DNA of 41,548 nt from a virus. Taxonomy: Duplodnaviria > Caudoviricetes. A program made the translations under genes and the position numbers. The notes under the pieces are model-generated. The model had not been told where the DNA came from and did no database searches. It worked only from the letters and a program-made list of their open reading frames with translations. Of the stretch, positions 16,672-25,541 are shown piece by piece; position 1 is the first letter of the stretch, and every line of letters begins with the position of its first letter. The stretch lies in IMG/VR virus record IMGVR_UViG_3300049049_000106, positions 1 through 41,548 of that record; one strand, 5' to 3'.

Positions 16672-16710
16672 CGCGCTTCCCCTAGCGGACGAGCGCAAAG
16701 CGTAGCACCC

Positions 16711-16729
16711 CGGGCCAAGGACGGCCCAC
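16711..16729 (+). repeat. 19-bp element identical to 35984-36002; GGA-loop hairpin
   Basis: CGGGCCAAGGACGGCCCAC. Confidence 0.9.
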
Positions 16730-16794
16730 TCAGGGACACACGGAGCCACACCACCCGCACACGCGGATCGCTTACGCACGACTCGGGCGAAGTC

Positions 16795-16983
16795 ATGAAC
16801 GAACACCAAATACCGCTGCTCCCCTTCGACCCCTGCCCGGACTTGGCCGAGTACATCCGCGCCAACCTCCCGCGCCCCAGCCTGTCCGAGCGGCTGGCCG
16901 AGTGCGTCAAAGCCTGCAATCCGCCGGAAGGCGTGGCGGAAGCCCTGCGGGTCCAGTACCTCGCCAACGGACGGAGGCTGTAA
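16795..16983 (+). CDS. Hypothetical protein (62 aa)
   Basis: Coupled to HNH gene (TAATG). Confidence 0.55.
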   Translation: MNEHQIPLLPFDPCPDLAEYIRANLPRPSLSERLAECVKACNPPEGVAEALRVQYLANGRRL

Positions 16984-17357
16984 TGCGCGAGACGTGGACC
17001 GACCACAACGGCAAGTCCTGGCCCGTGCCTACCACTCGCGGGCCGCTCCGGTTCTGCAATCCGAGCCACGCCGCGCTGCGGGCCTTTGTGCATCACCGCG
17101 ACGGGTACAAGTGCCGCCGCTGCCCTGCAAAGGCCGTCATTGCGAACCCCGAGTTTTACCTCGGTCTAGCCCGGCTCACCACCGACACCCTGACGGGTGG
17201 CGGCTGGCCTGACGCGCTGATCGTTGACCACGTTCTGACCCGCAAAGCGGGCGGACGCAATCACCCGGACAACCTGCAAACCCTTTGCGAGACGTGCAAC
17301 CGGCGCAAGCAGAAAGAGGACAAGGAGGCTGCGCGTGGCACGCATTCGCACGATTAA
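16983..17357 (+). CDS. HNH endonuclease
   Basis: RDGYKCRRC...VDHV...GG.NHPDNLQTLCETCN. Confidence 0.9.
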   Translation: MRETWTDHNGKSWPVPTTRGPLRFCNPSHAALRAFVHHRDGYKCRRCPAKAVIANPEFYLGLARLTTDTLTGGGWPDALIVDHVLTRKAGGRNHPDNLQTLCETCNRRKQKEDKEAARGTHSHD

Positions 17358-18078
17358 ACCGGACTTTTTCACCAGCGAGGACATTACCGCGCTGTCCCCG
17401 ATGGCCCGCCTGCTTTACATCGCGCTTTGGTGCGAGGCGGACAAGGAGGGCCGGATGGTCTGGAAGCCCAAGACTTTCAAGCTGCGCTACCTGCCGGCCG
17501 ACAACTGCGACGCCGAGGCCCTGTGCGCCGAGATTGTCAGCCAGGGCCTAGTGGTCCTGTACGGCGACGGGCTGGCCTATATCCCGGCCTTTGCCGCCCA
17601 CCAGCACATCAATCCTCGGGAAACCCCATCGTCACTCCCAACCCCTGACGCGTCCCCCACGCGTCGGCACGCGTCGGCACGCGTCCCTGACGCGCAGGGA
17701 GGAAGGGAAGGGAAGGGAAAGGAAGGGAAGGGAAAGGAATACGAAGGACAGGCGGGGGAGGCGGTGCCGTATCAGGCCATCGTGGACGCCTACCACGCCG
17801 CCCTGCCTGCCTGCCAACGCTGGGTCACCCTGACCGACGAACGCAAGCGCCTGCTGGGGAAGGCTGCGGTCAACGCGCGCCGCATCTGCCAGTCGCAGGG
17901 GTGGACCTACGGCCCGGACTTCTGGACGGACTTTTTCGCGGAGTGCGCGAAAGACCCGTGGATGCGCGGCGACTTGCCGAACCCCAAGAACCCGAACTGG
18001 AAACAGTCCCTCGACGTGCTGCTGCGGGATAAGCAATTCGCCCAGGTCATGGACCGGGCGCTGGGAGAGGGCGCATGA
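17335..18078 (+). CDS. Replication initiator (functionally lambda O-like)
   Basis: MARIRTIKPDFF...RLLYIALWCEADKEGR N-terminus; internal iterons; upstream of helicase. Confidence 0.8.
   Translation: MARIRTIKPDFFTSEDITALSPMARLLYIALWCEADKEGRMVWKPKTFKLRYLPADNCDAEALCAEIVSQGLVVLYGDGLAYIPAFAAHQHINPRETPSSLPTPDASPTRRHASARVPDAQGGREGKGKEGKGKEYEGQAGEAVPYQAIVDAYHAALPACQRWVTLTDERKRLLGKAAVNARRICQSQGWTYGPDFWTDFFAECAKDPWMRGDLPNPKNPNWKQSLDVLLRDKQFAQVMDRALGEGA
17643..17739 (+). repeat. Putative replication origin: iterons plus purine tract
   Basis: ACGCGTC at 17648, 17659, 17669, 17679 (partial copy at 17690), then an all-purine run 17696-17739. Confidence 0.65.
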
Positions 18079-19418
18079 GCCGCGAACTGGAAGCCGAGGG
18101 CGCGGTGCTGGGCGCGCTGATGCTGTCGGGCGAGGCGTACTGGAAGGTCGCGGACCTGATCCGGGCCGAGGACTTTGCGGACGGTGACAACGCGGCCCTG
18201 TTCGCCCTGATTCGGGATTTGGTCAAGGAGGGCAAGCCTGCCGACTCGGTGACCATTGGCGAGCGGGACGAAAGCCTGTACGGGCTGGCGCGCGATTACG
18301 AGTCGCAGGTTCCGTCCGTCGCCGCCGTGATGGCCTATGCGGGCATCGTGCGCGACCGTGCGGAGAAACGCCGCCTTCGCCGTGCTGGGCAGGCCATCGC
18401 GGGTTGCGAGTCCTACGAGGCCGCACAGGCGCTTCTGGCGGCCGTGCGCCCTTCGCAGTCCCAGCGGGTCAAGTCTGCCATGGATGGCATCGCGGAAATG
18501 GTGGACGCCCTCCAGCGCCGCTATGACGCAACGGGCGCGGTTTCCGGGGTGCCTACCGGGATCGAAAGCCTGGACCTGCTGACTTCTGGCTGGCAGGCGG
18601 GCGACCTCATCATTTGCGCCGCGCGCCCGTCCATGGGCAAGACGATCTTTGCGCTGCAAGCCGCGCTGGCTGCTGGCCGCTCGCTGATTTTCTCGCTGGA
18701 GATGACGGCGGGCAAGCTGATCGAACGCGCGGTGTCGCATGTGGGCCACATCCCGCATCGTTGGATCCGGTTCCCCACTGCGCCGGAAACCCCGACCTAC
18801 GCAGGCGAGCGCATCTGTGACGTGGCGGGCGAGGTTGGGAAGCTGCCTCTGCTGATTGATGACTCCTCGGGCCTGACCGTGGACGCCATCTGCTCGCGCG
18901 CCCGGCAGGCGCACATGGCCGAGCCGTTACGGTTGATCGTCGTGGACCACCTGGGGCTGATTTCACGCCCCGGCAAGCACGACCCGTCCGAGCTGGGCCA
19001 AATCACGACGCAGCTAAAGGGCCTCGCCAAGACGCTTGGCGTGCCGGTCCTGCTGCTGTGCCAGTTGAACCGAGGGCTGGAGTCCCGCAACGACAAGCGC
19101 CCGCTGCTCTCCGACCTCCGCGACTCCGGGCGGATTGAAGAGGACGCGGACACGGTTATCGCCCTGTACCGGGACTGGTACTACAACCCGCCGAAGCGTG
19201 ACGCGCGGGGCGAGTTGCCGCCGCACTACCTCGAAATCCTGATTCGCAAGGCGCGTGACGGCGAACTCGGCACGGCCTGGGCCATCGCCAACCTTTCCCA
19301 CATGAGGCTTGAATCCTGTGAGCAACCCGAATCCGCTGGACAGGCTCAGGGCGATGACCAGCGCGGAGGCTTCCAAGCGCGAAGCCGAGCGGGCAGCCAA
19401 CCGCGCGCGGTGGCCTGA
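18075..19418 (+). CDS. dnaB: Replicative DNA helicase
   Basis: AARPSMGKT, FSLEM, IVVDHL, QLNR, SDLRDSGRIEEDAD. Confidence 0.95.
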   Translation: MSRELEAEGAVLGALMLSGEAYWKVADLIRAEDFADGDNAALFALIRDLVKEGKPADSVTIGERDESLYGLARDYESQVPSVAAVMAYAGIVRDRAEKRRLRRAGQAIAGCESYEAAQALLAAVRPSQSQRVKSAMDGIAEMVDALQRRYDATGAVSGVPTGIESLDLLTSGWQAGDLIICAARPSMGKTIFALQAALAAGRSLIFSLEMTAGKLIERAVSHVGHIPHRWIRFPTAPETPTYAGERICDVAGEVGKLPLLIDDSSGLTVDAICSRARQAHMAEPLRLIVVDHLGLISRPGKHDPSELGQITTQLKGLAKTLGVPVLLLCQLNRGLESRNDKRPLLSDLRDSGRIEEDADTVIALYRDWYYNPPKRDARGELPPHYLEILIRKARDGELGTAWAIANLSHMRLESCEQPESAGQAQGDDQRGGFQARSRAGSQPRAVA

Positions 19419-19572
19419 CGTGGCCGCCTTCATGGACAAGCTCACGGATGCGCGGCTGGTGTGCATCCACGACGAGGCCGGAAACCTGCTGCTCGGCAAA
19501 GCGCCGCCGCAGGAAACCTATTACAGCGCGGAGTTCCTAGTGGCCTGCGCGAATCACGGGAGGCGCAAGTGA
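19354..19572 (+). CDS. Hypothetical protein (72 aa)
   Basis: Overlaps the dnaB tail; coupled downstream. Confidence 0.5.
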   Translation: MTSAEASKREAERAANRARWPDVAAFMDKLTDARLVCIHDEAGNLLLGKAPPQETYYSAEFLVACANHGRRK

Positions 19573-19724
19573 CCATCGCAAGGATTCAACCCTACGAAAC
19601 CCACCTAACCGCCGCAGCCAACGAGGTCATTCGCCTGCGCACCCTAGAGCGCCGCATCCCGTGGCTGTTCCTGGCGGTCCCTGCGGCGTTCCTGCTGGGG
19701 CTGTGCATTGGCGGTGCGATGTGA
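19569..19724 (+). CDS. Small membrane protein (51 aa)
   Basis: GTGA coupling; hydrophobic C-terminus. Confidence 0.5.
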   Translation: MTIARIQPYETHLTAAANEVIRLRTLERRIPWLFLAVPAAFLLGLCIGGAM

Positions 19725-20170
19725 GCAAGTCCCTGACCCTGCCGCCCGATGGCCGCGAGGCCGAAATTGCCCGCCTGCAAGCCTTCCTGCTGGCCGCCTA
19801 TCCCGGCAAGGAGGTCGAGGTTAGCTGGGAGCCGGTGAAGTCCGAGCGGTCCAGCCGCCAGAACAAGGCGCTTTTCGGCCACGCCTACCGCGTCATTGCC
19901 AAGGAAACCGGCCTGTCCGGCAAGTCCGACCTTGACCGCCTGCACCGCGATTTCTGCCGCGCCTACTTTGGCGAGCGGGCGGTTAGCGTGCTGGGCCGCG
20001 TCGAGGTGGTGCCGCTGCGCACGACCACGACCGACGAGAACGGCAACCGGGACGTCATCAACGCGGGCGAGTTCTCCGCGTTCTATGCAGACGTGGAGCG
20101 CAAGGCGGCGGAGTTCGGCATCTGGATACCTGCCCCGGATCCGCGCTGGTTTCTGGACGCCGACCGATGA
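19721..20170 (+). CDS. NinB-like protein
   Basis: RSSRQNKALFG...TT...EFSAF...AAEFGI pattern. Confidence 0.6.
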   Translation: MSKSLTLPPDGREAEIARLQAFLLAAYPGKEVEVSWEPVKSERSSRQNKALFGHAYRVIAKETGLSGKSDLDRLHRDFCRAYFGERAVSVLGRVEVVPLRTTTTDENGNRDVINAGEFSAFYADVERKAAEFGIWIPAPDPRWFLDADR

Positions 20171-20478
20171 AGCGCACACGCCAGCAGAAGCGCCAAGGCG
20201 CGACCGTTGACCTTCGGCGGGAGGCGATAGACCGCACCTGCCAAATCCGCCTGGAGGGCTGCACAGGCGGTCCCTGCTGCCTTGCCCATTGGCGGCAAGT
20301 CGGGATCAGCGGCGGCGGGATGAAAGCGCCCGACCTGATCGGCGCGTGGGCCTGCGACTCCTGCCACAAGAAAGTTGACACCGCCGAACGCGGGGACGCC
20401 GAGACGCAGCTCGACTTCGCCCGCGCGGTATTCCGCACACAAAACGAACTGATCCGAGAGGGGGTTATCCAGTGGTGA
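20167..20478 (+). CDS. YbcO/DUF1364-like nuclease
   Basis: CQIRLEGC...LAH...GMKAPD..GAWACDSCH..VD. Confidence 0.8.
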   Translation: MKRTRQQKRQGATVDLRREAIDRTCQIRLEGCTGGPCCLAHWRQVGISGGGMKAPDLIGAWACDSCHKKVDTAERGDAETQLDFARAVFRTQNELIREGVIQW

Positions 20479-20750
20479 CCAAGACTTGCAAAACCTGCAT
20501 CACCTGTTCCAAGTCGCAGCCCGAGAGCCAATTCCGCCTGCGCACCAAGCGCGGCAGCACCTACCGCATGGGTGTGTGCCTGACGTGCGAGCGCATCGCC
20601 CGGAGGGCGTGGTACTGGCGCGACAAGGGCAAGGTGGAGGTGGAGGAAGCGCCCGTGATCGTGCTGCCCGGCTTCCTCCCGATGGGCCCTGCCGCCAATG
20701 CGCCGCTGGTGGCGACGCTGGGGCAGTTTGCGGGGAGGGTGGCGGCGTAA
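20472..20750 (+). CDS. Zn-finger protein
   Basis: CITC...CLTC. Confidence 0.55.
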   Translation: MVTKTCKTCITCSKSQPESQFRLRTKRGSTYRMGVCLTCERIARRAWYWRDKGKVEVEEAPVIVLPGFLPMGPAANAPLVATLGQFAGRVAA

Positions 20751-21007
20751 TGGGCTTCCATCCGATGTTAGGCGGCCTCGGCGCGATCATGGATCACCAC
20801 GCGCGGCAAGAGGCGATGTTGGCGCAGTACGAGGCGCAGGCCGGCAAGCGCAGCGTGCGGTATCGGGCCGAGCACACGCCCACCGTGCAGCGCACGGACT
20901 GGAAGGCCGACACCGAGGCCGTTCTGCGATCCGCGAGGGTGGGCGCGTTCCTGTTGGCCGCCTTCCTGCTGGCCGCCGGCTGGGTGCTGCACGGGTGGCT
21001 CGCATGA
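20750..21007 (+). CDS. Membrane-anchored hypothetical protein
   Basis: Coupled; C-terminal transmembrane segment. Confidence 0.5.
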   Translation: MGFHPMLGGLGAIMDHHARQEAMLAQYEAQAGKRSVRYRAEHTPTVQRTDWKADTEAVLRSARVGAFLLAAFLLAAGWVLHGWLA

Positions 21008-21153
21008 AACGCCAACGCCAGCCCAAGACCAAGAATCCGCCGCGTCCCCCGTCCAAGCCCCCGCGCTGGACAGAGGGCCGTGTCACGCCGCAACCGATCA
21101 CGAACGCGCTGGAGCTGCCGATGGGCGAGTTCCGGGCATGGGGAGGGAAGTGA
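21004..21153 (+). CDS. Pro/Lys-rich peptide (49 aa)
   Basis: Coupled at both ends. Confidence 0.45.
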   Translation: MKRQRQPKTKNPPRPPSKPPRWTEGRVTPQPITNALELPMGEFRAWGGK

Positions 21154-21464
21154 TGGCTAAGTTCTATGTGGGGCAGAGGGTGAAACTGGCGCGCCCAAGG
21201 GTTCCTGAGAACGCCAATGCCGAGGGCGTCATAACCCACATTGGCGTGTGGGCCCGTGGCGACACCTTGCCGTGTGGCGGTCACGCCGGCAGTCGGTTTG
21301 ACTGCGTAGTGATGTTTGACCGCCCTGTGACCGATGCAAACTTTTTCCGGACGGACCCGCACGCTCCCTGCCTTATGTCGCAGCTTGAGCCCATCCAGCC
21401 CGAAGGCTGGCAGCCCGTCGAGTGGTCGAATTGCCTATGGCAGCCGGAAGGGGTCGCCGCATGA
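21153..21464 (+). CDS. SH3-like hypothetical protein
   Basis: KFYVGQRVKL...LEPI pattern. Confidence 0.6.
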   Translation: MAKFYVGQRVKLARPRVPENANAEGVITHIGVWARGDTLPCGGHAGSRFDCVVMFDRPVTDANFFRTDPHAPCLMSQLEPIQPEGWQPVEWSNCLWQPEGVAA

Positions 21465-21871
21465 ACGCCCCCAAGACCGGCGCGTTCTCGCGCAACAAAG
21501 GTGCCCGTGGCGAAAGGGAATTTTGCCGCCTTGCCTCGGAGGCGCTGGGCGACAAGTTCAGCCGGAATCTCAAGCAGTACCAGCAGAGCCAGGAGGGCGA
21601 CATTGCCCAGCCCCTCGGGCCATATCTGGTCGAGGTCAAGAACTGCGCCGTCCTCAAGGAAAAGGAGTGGTGGCAGCAGGCTTGCACGGCTGCGCAGAAG
21701 CTCGGCCTGTTGCCCGCGCTGGCGATCAAGCTAAATCGCAAGGGGTGGCGCGTCCTTGTTCCGATTAAGTCCGCATGGGACACGGGGCAGCAGTGGTCCC
21801 GCGATGTGCGGTACACACAGGCGCTCTACTTGGACGGCTTCTGGCTAATCATCCGCGAGGGCGCGCAATGA
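21461..21871 (+). CDS. Holliday-junction resolvase-like PD-(D/E)XK nuclease
   Basis: SRNKGARGERE...GDI...EVK...WWQQA. Confidence 0.8.
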   Translation: MNAPKTGAFSRNKGARGEREFCRLASEALGDKFSRNLKQYQQSQEGDIAQPLGPYLVEVKNCAVLKEKEWWQQACTAAQKLGLLPALAIKLNRKGWRVLVPIKSAWDTGQQWSRDVRYTQALYLDGFWLIIREGAQ

Positions 21872-22428
21872 GCCAGGTCTGCTCAAAGTGCGGGGTGGAG
21901 CGCCCACTGGATCGGTTCTACCAGAGGCGTCCCGGCGTGTACCGCAAAGACTGCAAGGTTTGCCACTACGCGAACGGCCGTAGGTGGTCGGCCGCGAACC
22001 CTGAAAAGGACCGCGAGATACGCCTGCGGTCGGTCAAAACCTATCAGGCGCGGCACCGGGAAAGGGTGCTGGCGAATCGTAAGCGCGATAACTATGGCCG
22101 CCGCACCGAGAAAGACCGATTGACGCATCGGATCAGTACGGCCGTCCGAGAGTGCCTAAAGGGAAAGAAAAAGGGCCGGAAGTGGTGCGAGTTGTTGGGG
22201 TACACGCAAGACGAACTCCACGCTCACATTGAGCGTCAATTCACCAAGGGGATGAGCTGGGAAAACATTGGGGAGTGGCACATAGACCACATCGTGCCCC
22301 TTTCCAGCTTCACCATCACCGGCCCAGACGATCCTGAGTTGCGCCGCGCCTGGGCGCTGACCAACCTTCGCCCGCTGTGGGCCAGCCAGAATATCCGGAA
22401 GTTCACGAAGCGAACCCACCTGCTCTAA
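21868..22428 (+). CDS. Zn-finger plus HNH endonuclease
   Basis: CSKC...CKVC; GMSWEN.GEWHIDHIVP...TNLRPLWA.QN.RK. Confidence 0.85.
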   Translation: MSQVCSKCGVERPLDRFYQRRPGVYRKDCKVCHYANGRRWSAANPEKDREIRLRSVKTYQARHRERVLANRKRDNYGRRTEKDRLTHRISTAVRECLKGKKKGRKWCELLGYTQDELHAHIERQFTKGMSWENIGEWHIDHIVPLSSFTITGPDDPELRRAWALTNLRPLWASQNIRKFTKRTHLL

Positions 22429-22437
22429 GGGGACAGC

Positions 22438-22713
22438 ATGAAAACGAACGAACTTATGACTGAACTGTGCCGCGCCATGCGCGATGAGTACGGCGCGGGG
22501 GATGGGTTTGAGGTCGAACTGGGCGAACTGATAGGCAAGTACCGCCGCAAGCACGACCGCGCGATGATTGACGCGGAGACGGCCCGCCTGCTGCCCCTCG
22601 GCGCGGAGATTGCCGCCGAGCGCAAACACTGCCACCGCTCCACCGTTTACCGCCGCGCGTCGCGCGCAAAATCAGTCGCGCGACTTCTGCCGCTTGCTAC
22701 AACGCCCGCATAG
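22438..22713 (+). CDS. HTH transcriptional regulator (Mor/C-like candidate)
   Basis: C-terminal EIAAERKHCHRSTVYRR HTH. Confidence 0.5.
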   Translation: MKTNELMTELCRAMRDEYGAGDGFEVELGELIGKYRRKHDRAMIDAETARLLPLGAEIAAERKHCHRSTVYRRASRAKSVARLLPLATTPA

Positions 22714-22758
22714 TCTGTCCATCCAGTAGTCCGCCATCGCGGGCTCTGGAGACAGGCA

Positions 22759-22947
22759 ATGTCCGATTTCATCAAGCCCGAGGTAGGCCGCGATTACCTC
22801 CTCGACGGCGAGCGCGTTACGGTGGTGGAGGCGCTGAAAAGGCGGTATTGGCGGATTCTTGTCACGGACAGCGAGCCGACCTTTGGTGACGGCCAGAGTC
22901 GCACCATCCCCGAAGCCGACTGGCGGGCCAAGGCGGCGAACCTGTGA
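22759..22947 (+). CDS. Hypothetical protein (62 aa)
   Basis: RBS GGAG. Confidence 0.6.
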   Translation: MSDFIKPEVGRDYLLDGERVTVVEALKRRYWRILVTDSEPTFGDGQSRTIPEADWRAKAANL

Positions 22948-23090
22948 ACGCCGCCCGCTGGAAATACATCAAGGCCCTGCAACCGCCCCCGCCGCGCTTG
23001 GTGTGGGATAGCGCCAAGCTCGGCACGTTCTGCGAAAACCGCAGCGCCCGCAAGCAGGCCAACCGCGAGAACCGGGGGCGGGGCCTGTGA
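22944..23090 (+). CDS. Hypothetical peptide (48 aa)
   Basis: GTGA coupling at both ends. Confidence 0.45.
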   Translation: MNAARWKYIKALQPPPPRLVWDSAKLGTFCENRSARKQANRENRGRGL

Positions 23091-23425
23091 ACGCCCCTCC
23101 CGCATTCGACCGCCGCGCACGTCCGCGTGTGGAGTGGATCAAGGACGATTCCGGCCAGTACGCCGTCCACGCTGAGGGCGGCGGATTCCAGGCGGACATT
23201 GCAGGCACTAACTTCGCCTATGTGGCGAACGTCACGAAACTGATTCTGGACGCCCCGCCACCGGGTGCGTTTGAGCCGATGCCCACCCCCGAGCAAATCC
23301 GCGAGGCGCTGGATGAGCAGTACGGAGCGCCGGAGCTGCCGCCGCACGTCGAGGCGCAGGCCACCGCCGACCCGGAGGACACCACGGAAGGGCTGAACTG
23401 CGAGACGCGGGCGGTGGTGCCGTGA
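23087..23425 (+). CDS. Hypothetical protein (112 aa)
   Basis: Coupled. Confidence 0.55.
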   Translation: MNAPPAFDRRARPRVEWIKDDSGQYAVHAEGGGFQADIAGTNFAYVANVTKLILDAPPPGAFEPMPTPEQIREALDEQYGAPELPPHVEAQATADPEDTTEGLNCETRAVVP

Positions 23426-23517
23426 CCGCCTACTGGCTGTTCGCCATCTTTTGGGCGCTCTTAGCGGTTGGCTATCAGTTGAGCCGCATCGCGTCTGCGC
23501 TGGAGCAGCGCGAATGA
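23422..23517 (+). CDS. Membrane peptide (31 aa)
   Basis: Coupled; hydrophobic. Confidence 0.45.
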   Translation: MTAYWLFAIFWALLAVGYQLSRIASALEQRE

Positions 23518-23663
23518 CCGCCCTCGTAATCCTCGCCTACCTGTTCGCCTTCGCGCTGCTGGCCTGCATCGGCCTGATCGCGGCCTACGGGCTGATCGTG
23601 ACGTGGGCTGCGGTGCTGGGGCTGTGGGATGGGCGGCGGGCGAGGCGCGGACGATCAATCTAA
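23514..23663 (+). CDS. Membrane peptide (49 aa)
   Basis: Coupled; long hydrophobic stretch. Confidence 0.5.
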   Translation: MTALVILAYLFAFALLACIGLIAAYGLIVTWAAVLGLWDGRRARRGRSI

Positions 23664-23683
23664 CACCAACGAAGGAGAGGGAA

Positions 23684-24004
23684 ATGGAAAAGGTTTCTTA
23701 CGGATACGGCCCGGTGAATCCGCCCGGCTATCTTGGTTCTGCGGCGGCTTGTGAATCGCGCCAGCCTGACGTGCCGGCGGCCATTGAATCGCTGAGTTGC
23801 GCAATCAACGACCAAGGCGACCTGATCGCCCGGCTGGAGTTAAAGCTGGGCCGTGTGCTGCGCCCGTCCGGTCCCGAGGCCGTCAACAAGTGCGGCGGCC
23901 CTCTGCGCTCTTGTGAGTTGAGCACGCAGATTGGCGCTGCAAGCGAAATGATCGGGGCCAGTAATTTCCGCCTGCGCGATCTGCTGGACCGGCTGGAACT
24001 GTAA
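23684..24004 (+). CDS. Coiled-coil hypothetical protein
   Basis: Strong RBS; L..VL.P...LDRLEL motif common in phages. Confidence 0.6.
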   Translation: MEKVSYGYGPVNPPGYLGSAAACESRQPDVPAAIESLSCAINDQGDLIARLELKLGRVLRPSGPEAVNKCGGPLRSCELSTQIGAASEMIGASNFRLRDLLDRLEL

Positions 24005-24031
24005 CCCGCGCCAATCACCAGGGAAGGGCGA

Positions 24032-24781
24032 ATGAAACTGCTGAACATTGACATTGAGACCCGGCCCATTGAGGCCCGGACCTGGGGGCTGTGGGGCCAG
24101 AACATCGGCATTAATCAGATCACCGACCCCGGCGGCCTGTTGTGCTTCGCGGCCAAGTTCCACGATGAGCGACGCGTCCATTTCTACTCCGCATGGGAGG
24201 ACGGCGAGCGGGGCATGGCGCGGGAGCTTTACCGCCTGCTCGACCAAGCGGACGCCGTGTGCGGCTGGAACTCGGACAAGTTCGACGTGCGCTGGATCCA
24301 AGCCCAATTCCTGAAAAACGGGATGGGCAAGCCTTCGTCCTTCGTGAAGGTGGACCTGATGAAGTCGGTGAAGCGTCAGGTCTATCTCCCCAGCTACAAG
24401 CTGGACTTTGTGGCGGGCTGGCTGGGCGTGGGGCACAAGGTCCGCACAGGCGGCTTCGACCTGTGGAGCGACGTGCTGGCCGGATGCCCGAAGGCCCGCG
24501 CCAAGATGCAGCGGTACAACGTGGGGGACGTGAAGCTCACAGAGGCCGTATTCGACAAGCTCAACGCAAAGGGTTGGGTGCTGGGCCTGCCAAACGCTGC
24601 CATTGAGGGCGGCCTGTGTTGCTCCAATCCCATGTGCCAGAGCGAGAACCTGATTCGCCGGGGCTACTCGGTGACTAAGACCCGCAAGTACGCCCGCTAT
24701 CAGTGTAAGGACTGCGGAACGTGGGTCCAGTCGGTCCATTCCGAGCCGGGCAGCGCGAAGGTGCGGCAGGTGGCGGCATGA
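24032..24781 (+). CDS. RNase H-like (YprB/DnaQ-type) exonuclease with C-terminal Zn ribbon
   Basis: IDIET, WNSDKFD, SYKLD, YNVGDV; CSNPMC...CKDCG. Confidence 0.85.
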   Translation: MKLLNIDIETRPIEARTWGLWGQNIGINQITDPGGLLCFAAKFHDERRVHFYSAWEDGERGMARELYRLLDQADAVCGWNSDKFDVRWIQAQFLKNGMGKPSSFVKVDLMKSVKRQVYLPSYKLDFVAGWLGVGHKVRTGGFDLWSDVLAGCPKARAKMQRYNVGDVKLTEAVFDKLNAKGWVLGLPNAAIEGGLCCSNPMCQSENLIRRGYSVTKTRKYARYQCKDCGTWVQSVHSEPGSAKVRQVAA

Positions 24782-24966
24782 GCAAGCACATGTTCTGGCT
24801 GTGTGTGGCCGTAGTGGCAGCCCCGTTTGTGGCTGTGGCTATCGGCACGCTGTGGCTGCTGATTGAGATGCTGGGTTGGTGGACCGTGCCGGTGGGCGTG
24901 TGGATCGTCGCCGCTGTCGCAATCGCCCCGCCAGAACCGCGCCCGTGCGGAAAGAGGATGCCATGA
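24778..24966 (+). CDS. Membrane protein (62 aa)
   Basis: Two hydrophobic segments; coupled. Confidence 0.5.
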   Translation: MSKHMFWLCVAVVAAPFVAVAIGTLWLLIEMLGWWTVPVGVWIVAAVAIAPPEPRPCGKRMP

Positions 24967-25457
24967 CCGCCACCGCGCAGGAAGCGCCCGAGGTTGGCTG
25001 CTATGACCTCCGGGGGCCGGACTTTGAGACGGCCCTGATCGGGGCGGTGACCGCCTCCGTGATTGACGCCGACCGGCTGGTGCGCCTGGAGTGGCGCAAT
25101 GGCTTCCCGAATTGGGGCATGTACCGGGTCGCGCTGGCAAAGGACGAACTGCTGGACCGGGATGTGCGGGATTGGGTCATTGCCTTTGGCCTGCGAGTGG
25201 GCGAGGCCGTGGTGCGCCCGAGGGCATACACCGAGGAACTGGCTTGCGCCGCCGCGCTCGACGCATGGGAAATGCTGAGGGTGAACCGGGAAGTGCTGCC
25301 ATATTCCGTGGTGGCCGGGCGGCTGGGTGTGGACCCCAAGACGTACAAGCGCCTGCGCGACCTGTTGCACCGGATGATGCGGGCCAGTCTGGACGAATAT
25401 TGGATCCGGCTGGGCGCGGCCTATCGGCATGTATTCCTTGCCAGCGGACGATGCTGA
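24963..25457 (+). CDS. Late regulator, antiterminator Q-like candidate
   Basis: Last gene before the late leader; C-terminal HTH VVAGRLGVDPKTYKR. Confidence 0.55.
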   Translation: MTATAQEAPEVGCYDLRGPDFETALIGAVTASVIDADRLVRLEWRNGFPNWGMYRVALAKDELLDRDVRDWVIAFGLRVGEAVVRPRAYTEELACAAALDAWEMLRVNREVLPYSVVAGRLGVDPKTYKRLRDLLHRMMRASLDEYWIRLGAAYRHVFLASGRC

Positions 25458-25541
25458 ACGCCAAGTCTAGATTGGCGATTCCCGTGATTCACTTGTCCCC
25501 GGTCCTTGGACAGAGGACACGATTTACCCCGTACAGCTTCC

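Noticed and set aside
17696-17739. CsrA sponge in the purine tract
   Set aside because: GGA density is explained by the Gly/Lys/Glu linker and origin role; no hairpins
22759-22947. Phage-encoded CsrA homologue
   Set aside because: Only vague similarity; lacks the MLILTR and HREE motifs
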